This document shows, one piece after another, positions 58,860 through 64,000 of a DNA stretch of 64,000 nucleotides. Numbering within the stretch: the first letter of the stretch is position 1; the number at the start of each line of letters is the position of its first letter. The stretch is taken from positions 32,001-96,000 of the forward strand of contig JBGSMD010000063.1 in NCBI GenBank assembly GCA_041740355.1, read 5' to 3'. A model generated the notes under the pieces. The model made no database searches and was not told where the DNA came from. It saw only the letters and a program-made list of their open reading frames with translations. Both the position numbers and the translations under genes were made by a program. This DNA comes from Bdellovibrionota bacterium (GTDB taxonomy: Bacteria > Bdellovibrionota_C > UBA2361 > CALJRW01).

Positions 58860-59118
58860 TAAACCCTCCGCAGATAACTTGCGGAGGGCGAGCGTAATCT
58901 TGGCTTTTTTACCAGACGTAGCATTTGCGAAGTCTGAAGCCAAGTTGCTCCGTAGAAGATAAAACCAATACTCACCGCTGATTTGCGTAGGGTTTGGTAG
59001 TATTTTCTTCAGCAAAATCTGTCTCCCTCTTTCGCCAAAGCTTCAGAGGACAATTCGCCAGGATTTTGCTCGTTCACCTTACTTTCATTTTTTATAAAAA
59101 ATGAAAAGCGGTGAGCAT
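58860..59118. repeat. Family A structured element, full copy with nested hairpin
   Basis: Colinear with 51685-51919; extra hairpin tgtctccctctttcgccaaagcttcagaggaca at 59020-59052. Confidence 0.85.
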
Positions 59119-59297
59119 CTTATAATAATATCAGATAGTTATAGCGAGGGTGAGCTCAAGCTTTAATTTTATGATGATCTTAATTTAAACAAGAAGACCT
59201 GTTCCGTAAAGGGGGTCTTACAAATAGTCTTAATTTCTCAAAAAACACTGCTACTTCATAATTTGAAAATACTAGCCATGTAGGTTAGTTTAGCCCT

Positions 59298-59789
59298 ATG
59301 ACATTTTCCAGAACGGATGAAAAATACCAGACTTTAGAGACTCACCTAAGCCAGGATCAGTATTTAATGGTACATCTAAACCCTACTTACCCTGGTGTTT
59401 TAATACCAGAGAATTTTCTTGCTTCACCAACTCTTACACTAAAGTTAAGTTATAATTTTCAAGGAGTTACCGTTATCACCCCAGAATTAATTACGGCAGA
59501 ACTTATGTTTAATGGTAAACATTTTTCCTGCCGAATTCCACTGGCAGCGATTTGGGGTTGCACAACTATTGCTGAGAAAAACTTCATTTGGCCAGAAAGT
59601 CTTTCAGCAAATTCCTATGAGAGTTTAGCCACAGAAATGGAAAGTATTAAAAAACCTAAGTTAGCTGTTAATAAACAAGAAGATATTTCTACACCCTCTT
59701 CTAATCTTAAGAAAATTGAATCTGATCCCAAGCAGGAGGAACCAGTAGCAGAAAATAAAAAACGTCCAAACCTCACTCGAATTAAATAA
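59298..59789 (+). CDS. sspB: ClpXP adaptor SspB-like protein
   Basis: MVHLNP..PGVLIP, LMFNG...CRIPLAAIW, C-terminal RPNLTRIK ClpX-binding tail. Confidence 0.8.
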   Translation: MTFSRTDEKYQTLETHLSQDQYLMVHLNPTYPGVLIPENFLASPTLTLKLSYNFQGVTVITPELITAELMFNGKHFSCRIPLAAIWGCTTIAEKNFIWPESLSANSYESLATEMESIKKPKLAVNKQEDISTPSSNLKKIESDPKQEEPVAENKKRPNLTRIK

Positions 59790-59814
59790 CCAATAGAAGA
59801 TAGCTGTTGAAGAA

Positions 59815-62151
59815 ATGATTAATTTAAAAGTTTTGATTGGCTCAACTAAGATTAATTATAATCTTATATCTTTAATTCTAGCTCTTACTTGTGTCCATCT
59901 GAGCATTTCACAAATAATTTCTAGTGAACCAATAAGTGGCTGGGACACTCCAGGGCATCTCTACTTAACATATAAGATGCAAGAATTCTTAGGATTAGGA
60001 ACCTGGTTTGGCTATGATTCAAGCTGGTTCTCAGGCACAGCTCTCTTTGTGCTGTATCCACCACTAACATATATATTAATTAACATATTACATCTTATAA
60101 CTTTCTCTTCTGATCTAACTTATAGTTTTAACCTATTTATTTACCTTCAAGCTCAATTATTAGTAATAATTTTTTACTGGATAACAAAATATATTTTAGG
60201 TGTCGAATATCGGAAATATGTGATGTTGGTGCTCACCTTAATGTTACATACAAACATTATCTATTCGACCCACTTTATAGGATTAGCAGGATTATTTTAC
60301 GCAGGCTTTCTATCAAATTGTACAGGGCTAATTCTATTCTTGCTGCTATTTGCACAAATCAGAAAACTGGAATTAAACATTATTAGCTCCTCTTATACTT
60401 CAATATTAATATTGAGCTTGATTTTACTTAACCATATAATCTCAGCAATATTTACTTTAATATTTATATCAATTTACTTAGCCCTTCAGGGAAATTCAAG
60501 GGTAGCGAAAAAATGGTTTGCTGTTATCGCAGTCGCTTCGCTGGTTGCTTCCCCTTATTACTGGATATTTATTGCCAATCTAGAATTTTCATCCTCAGAA
60601 GCTATCGGGCTTCACGGATCTTTTCCCGATCCCTTATTAGTCCTCTTTCCAAATCTTAATATTGAACATTTTGTGAATATGTTTAATGCCGAATTTAGCG
60701 ATACCTTCAGTTTTTTTAACTATAAAATCGAGTTGCCATTAATCATCAGTCAATTTCCATATTATGCGCTGATTGCTTTTTATTTTGGAATTAAAGGAAG
60801 TCTTCTAATTGTTAAAAGTCAAAAAAAACTACTGGGGTTTCTTTTTACAATTACTATCCTCTTCATATTCTTACCTCGCGCTTACTTAACAAACCTAACT
60901 AGCCTGACAATCCACTACTATCGCTTTACTGGCCTGCTGAGTTTCATGTTTATTTTTATAATTGCCTCTGGGATTAAACATTCTGACTACACACATAGCA
61001 ATTTGAAAAAAATACTCGGAGGTATATTTCTTGCTCTGATTTTACTACTAACAACGTCGTATCAGATGCTTTTCATTAGTGATTCTAGACATCAAGAATT
61101 TAAGCTACACCTGAGCGATTATCAAGGATATCAAAACCTAGATAAGGTTGCTAAATACCTTAAAGAGAACAATCTAACTGCAGGTGTTGCAATTGAGCAA
61201 AGCTATAATTTCCTCCTACAAGTCGGTTCCCTTCATGCCGTTTCATATCTTTTCCCGCATAAGTATAAAATCCCAATCAAGACTGGACTACTAGCTGAGT
61301 CAGCTTATTACTCGTCATTAATTAATCCCACTTTAGGTCTTCAAACAAATCACATGGTTTGGGGAAGTAAAGAATTATACCTTTTTAACTATTTTAATAA
61401 CCCAAAAAAAAATCCGAATTTATTTATTGAGAAGCTAAGGCTTTTAGGAGTAAAAGTATTAATCACAACAGATCGGGACAGCTTCAAAAAAATTAAAACC
61501 CTAACTCTTCAAAATCGTTTTCTAGTACTAAATAAAAAGATTGCTAATTATGCTATATTTGTTTTGCCAGAGTTGTCCCTAAAGAAAACCAACTCAATCA
61601 AGCCCCGATATCTATTTTTTGATTCAAAAGAATTAGCATTCAAAATGTTTTTTAGAGACTGGTTTGCTTATGATTCAACGATTAATTTTAACCTAGTATA
61701 CGATTACTTCAATTTGACTCAAAAAGATCCTAGCTTATTAAGTCAATTTTCAGGATTAGTCTTTTCCGCTGAGAATACAAATTCTTGTCTTAAGAATTAC
61801 GAAAAGCTGAAGAGCTTGCAAGGTGATCTGAATGAAAAGTTAATCCCCTTAATTGATCAACAAAACCAGCAGCAAGAAAACCCAGCAATCCAAAAGCATA
61901 AGAGAGACTTTTATGATTTAGATATTATTTTCTTGGGTAAGAAGTGTTTTAAAGATCCGAACTGGAAAGTTAAGTGGATTAAAACAAATAATCCAGAAGA
62001 GAGAATGGCAAAACTAACAAAACTAGTTCAAAAAAATAAGCTAAAAATTCTCGTTAATAATAGACTGATTAATACGGAAGATACGTTTAGCCCACTAAAT
62101 GGTAATAATTCATTTATCCAAACCCCGTTTTTTACTCTAAAGGTTAGGTAG
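59815..62151 (+). CDS. Multi-pass membrane protein, GT-C glycosyltransferase-like (PTPS-related domain)
   Basis: GWDTPGH...WFSG..LFVLYPPL loop after TM1, more than 10 TM helices, YYRF, GLLAES. Confidence 0.7.
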   Translation: MINLKVLIGSTKINYNLISLILALTCVHLSISQIISSEPISGWDTPGHLYLTYKMQEFLGLGTWFGYDSSWFSGTALFVLYPPLTYILINILHLITFSSDLTYSFNLFIYLQAQLLVIIFYWITKYILGVEYRKYVMLVLTLMLHTNIIYSTHFIGLAGLFYAGFLSNCTGLILFLLLFAQIRKLELNIISSSYTSILILSLILLNHIISAIFTLIFISIYLALQGNSRVAKKWFAVIAVASLVASPYYWIFIANLEFSSSEAIGLHGSFPDPLLVLFPNLNIEHFVNMFNAEFSDTFSFFNYKIELPLIISQFPYYALIAFYFGIKGSLLIVKSQKKLLGFLFTITILFIFLPRAYLTNLTSLTIHYYRFTGLLSFMFIFIIASGIKHSDYTHSNLKKILGGIFLALILLLTTSYQMLFISDSRHQEFKLHLSDYQGYQNLDKVAKYLKENNLTAGVAIEQSYNFLLQVGSLHAVSYLFPHKYKIPIKTGLLAESAYYSSLINPTLGLQTNHMVWGSKELYLFNYFNNPKKNPNLFIEKLRLLGVKVLITTDRDSFKKIKTLTLQNRFLVLNKKIANYAIFVLPELSLKKTNSIKPRYLFFDSKELAFKMFFRDWFAYDSTINFNLVYDYFNLTQKDPSLLSQFSGLVFSAENTNSCLKNYEKLKSLQGDLNEKLIPLIDQQNQQQENPAIQKHKRDFYDLDIIFLGKKCFKDPNWKVKWIKTNNPEERMAKLTKLVQKNKLKILVNNRLINTEDTFSPLNGNNSFIQTPFFTLKVR

Positions 62152-62154
62152 TAG

Positions 62155-62313
62155 CTAGTTATAATTCATTTTATCTGCTGTAAATTTTAATTTTTGTGAG
62201 CTAGCTCTTCCCATAGCAGTTACGGCAACGATGGTTACGATAGCGATTAACGCAACAAGTAGTCCATACTCAACTAATGATGCCCCTTTTTTATTTTTAT
62301 TTATTTTTTTCAT
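62155..62313 (-). CDS. flp: Flp/Fap (type IVb/Tad) pilin, 52 aa (not in ORF track)
   Basis: MKKINKNKKG|ASLVEYGLLVALIAIVTIVAVTAMG...: Gly at -1, Glu at +5, Tyr at +6. Confidence 0.9.
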   Translation of the reverse strand: MKKINKNKKGASLVEYGLLVALIAIVTIVAVTAMGRASSQKLKFTADKMNYN

Positions 62314-62364
62314 ATTCTTCTTTATTGGGTTTCCCCGTTAAATACGCCTGATTGATAAATCTAG

Positions 62365-62961
62365 TTAAATATCTAATTTTTTGCAATTAAGATGGAAATT
62401 ATTAGGTAAATCTACAGTTAGTGTAAACTGATATGCGCCTGCTACTGCTATATTTAATTTAATATTCTGACTGTTTTCGCCATTGAAAAGTGTAAAATCT
62501 TGATTCAAAGTAAGATTAGATCCCTCTTGTTCGAATCCAAATACAAAAGGGCTAGTCCAATCTTGATCTGCGATTTTAAATTCATACTCTCCGGGAATTA
62601 AGGGTAATACTACTCGATAGTTATTCCCGCCAACTGGCAAAAGCTGATTATAAGCTCCCGCTTTCCAATTCTCAATTCGATTAACACGAAGAAACACATT
62701 ACGATCAATACTTTTTATTGGATTATTAGCACTATTTTCTTGCGTAATTGGATTAAAATAAACTACAACGGCCAATAATAAGATTACAAGAAAAATTATC
62801 CCTCCAAAAATCTTGGCATAAGATTCCATCTTTTTCCTAAACCTATATTGTTCTGCGAATTTTTTTAAATTAGCAGTGCTTCTTGATCGAACCGAATCTT
62901 GAATAACATCGCCCAGACCTAATTGATCCTGTCTTTTAAACGTTCTTTTATTAAATATCAT
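62365..62961 (-). CDS. Membrane-anchored protein with a pullulanase X25/SusE-like carbohydrate-binding domain
   Basis: One TM helix, then VFLR...NW...GEYEFKIADQDW...FG...GAYQFTL. Confidence 0.6.
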   Translation of the reverse strand: MIFNKRTFKRQDQLGLGDVIQDSVRSRSTANLKKFAEQYRFRKKMESYAKIFGGIIFLVILLLAVVVYFNPITQENSANNPIKSIDRNVFLRVNRIENWKAGAYNQLLPVGGNNYRVVLPLIPGEYEFKIADQDWTSPFVFGFEQEGSNLTLNQDFTLFNGENSQNIKLNIAVAGAYQFTLTVDLPNNFHLNCKKLDI

Positions 62962-63273
62962 AACTAGCTAAGTTTATCAGATAACGAATTAGAATTACAG
63001 ATAAGATCTACTGTAAAGTATCAAATATTATCGGTTTATTCGTTACAAGCTAATCACAACAACCACAGGGCCCCTAATGAAAGGGATCAGAATGACCTGA
63101 TTATTCAATCCATTTGAATTATCTTTACAATTAGAAAATGGATTAATTCGATACAAACGTTATGAATTGTTAGCACTCTGGTTTAGGTGTATATTTATAT
63201 TTGGTTGGTTTGTGCAACCTATCGATTAGAACATATTAAAAAAGACAAACGGACCCAATCAGCAATCTTAGTA

Positions 63274-64000
63274 ATGAACCTACTGCAAAAACTCTCCTCC
63301 CGTGAAAACTTTTTAGCAATCCTTGATATTTTAAAAAGTAAAAAAAAATCAAAATCTTGGATTCTACAATCTGCCCCGATTGAAAAATCAATATCGCTTG
63401 CTTGGTGTATTTATAACCAAGACTTACTTATCAAGTATTATTTAAAAAACTTAAGAAATCATTCCTATCGCCCACAAGTAAGAATTAAAATGACTATTTT
63501 TATAGATAAACAAAGGATTATCTATAATATTAACTGGGTTGATAAAATTATGGACTATGCCCTGACTAAACTACTTTTTGATGTCAGTGCGGAATTTTTC
63601 TCCGATCAATTATTTTCCTATCGCCAAGGATTTTCTAATAAAAAAGCAGTAAAAAGCCTCTGTAAATATATCAAGAATAATCAAGGCTCAGAGATCTACA
63701 TTGCCAAACGAGATATTAAATCATACTTCGATAATATTAATAGCGGGATTTTAACCTCACAAATTAAGGAGAAATGTGGCGAGCAAGATTCCTTTTTTTG
63801 GAAACTTTTAAGTAGTTTCTTACAACCAGAATATTATGATCCGGAGCTAGATCTTCAGGAGCAACTACTTCTAGGAATACCAACTGGATCTTGCATCTCT
63901 AACTTTGCTGCGAATTTTTATTTGCACGACCTTGATCATTTAGCTGTAAACAATTTAGACTTTTATGTTCGCTATGGAGACGATATAATTTTTGCTGATC
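63274..64000 (+). CDS. Reverse transcriptase, group II-like or unclassified, partial (not in ORF track)
   Basis: Frame open from ATG 63274 (GTG 63187 possible) to the edge: YRPQ, RIIYNINWVDKIM, FSYRQG, AKRDIKSYFDNI, GIPTGSCISNFAANFYL..LD, YVRYGDDIIF. Confidence 0.92.
   Translation, partial: MNLLQKLSSRENFLAILDILKSKKKSKSWILQSAPIEKSISLAWCIYNQDLLIKYYLKNLRNHSYRPQVRIKMTIFIDKQRIIYNINWVDKIMDYALTKLLFDVSAEFFSDQLFSYRQGFSNKKAVKSLCKYIKNNQGSEIYIAKRDIKSYFDNINSGILTSQIKEKCGEQDSFFWKLLSSFLQPEYYDPELDLQEQLLLGIPTGSCISNFAANFYLHDLDHLAVNNLDFYVRYGDDIIFAD

Noticed and set aside
58842-59015. 58-aa N-terminal extension of ParC in the ORF track
   Set aside because: It lies in the family A repeat; topoisomerase homology begins near Met at 58841.
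63029-63056. Sigma-28 promoter for the X25-domain and flp genes
   Set aside because: The -10 (ACCGATAA) is good but no convincing TAAA or TCAAG -35 is present.
62962-64000. RT as an intact group II intron or a classical retron
   Set aside because: No GTGCG 5' end and too little room for intron domains I-III; no retron NAxxH motif seen. The 3' part is outside the window, so this rejection is provisional.
1-64000. CRISPR array, cas genes, transposase, integrase, prophage or rRNA
   Set aside because: No regularly spaced direct repeats with unique spacers and no matching protein or rRNA motifs were seen.

Overview
AT-rich chromosomal window from a diderm bacterium. The gene content (Myxococcus-type Cys-rich repeats, SspB, FlgM, pilins, parC-parE) suggests a deltaproteobacterial or Bdellovibrionota-like lineage; this is inference. 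Housekeeping genes include rnc, der, tal, zupT, an RlmN-family enzyme, tag, rlmH, uvrD-menD-menH and parC-parE. The window also has the alternative MurL/MurD2 peptidoglycan pair, a MacAB-TolC-type exporter, minor pilins, an ECF sigma/anti-sigma/periplasmic sensor trio, a His-rich RegB/RegA-type system with a RegA box, two RCC1-repeat paralogues and five tRNAs. Three coding regions are missing from the ORF track: a reverse transcriptase with a YGDD catalytic motif running off the right edge (63274->64000), a 52-aa Flp pilin (62155-62313) and a partial ORF at the left edge. The intergenic DNA carries several families of structured, covarying, modular palindromic repeats. One family sits 18-23 nt upstream of start codons in three of its four copies. 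Sigma-28-like promoters precede pilin, RCC1 and flgM-like genes. No CRISPR array, transposase or integrase is visible. All family calls come from motif recognition by eye, not database searches.
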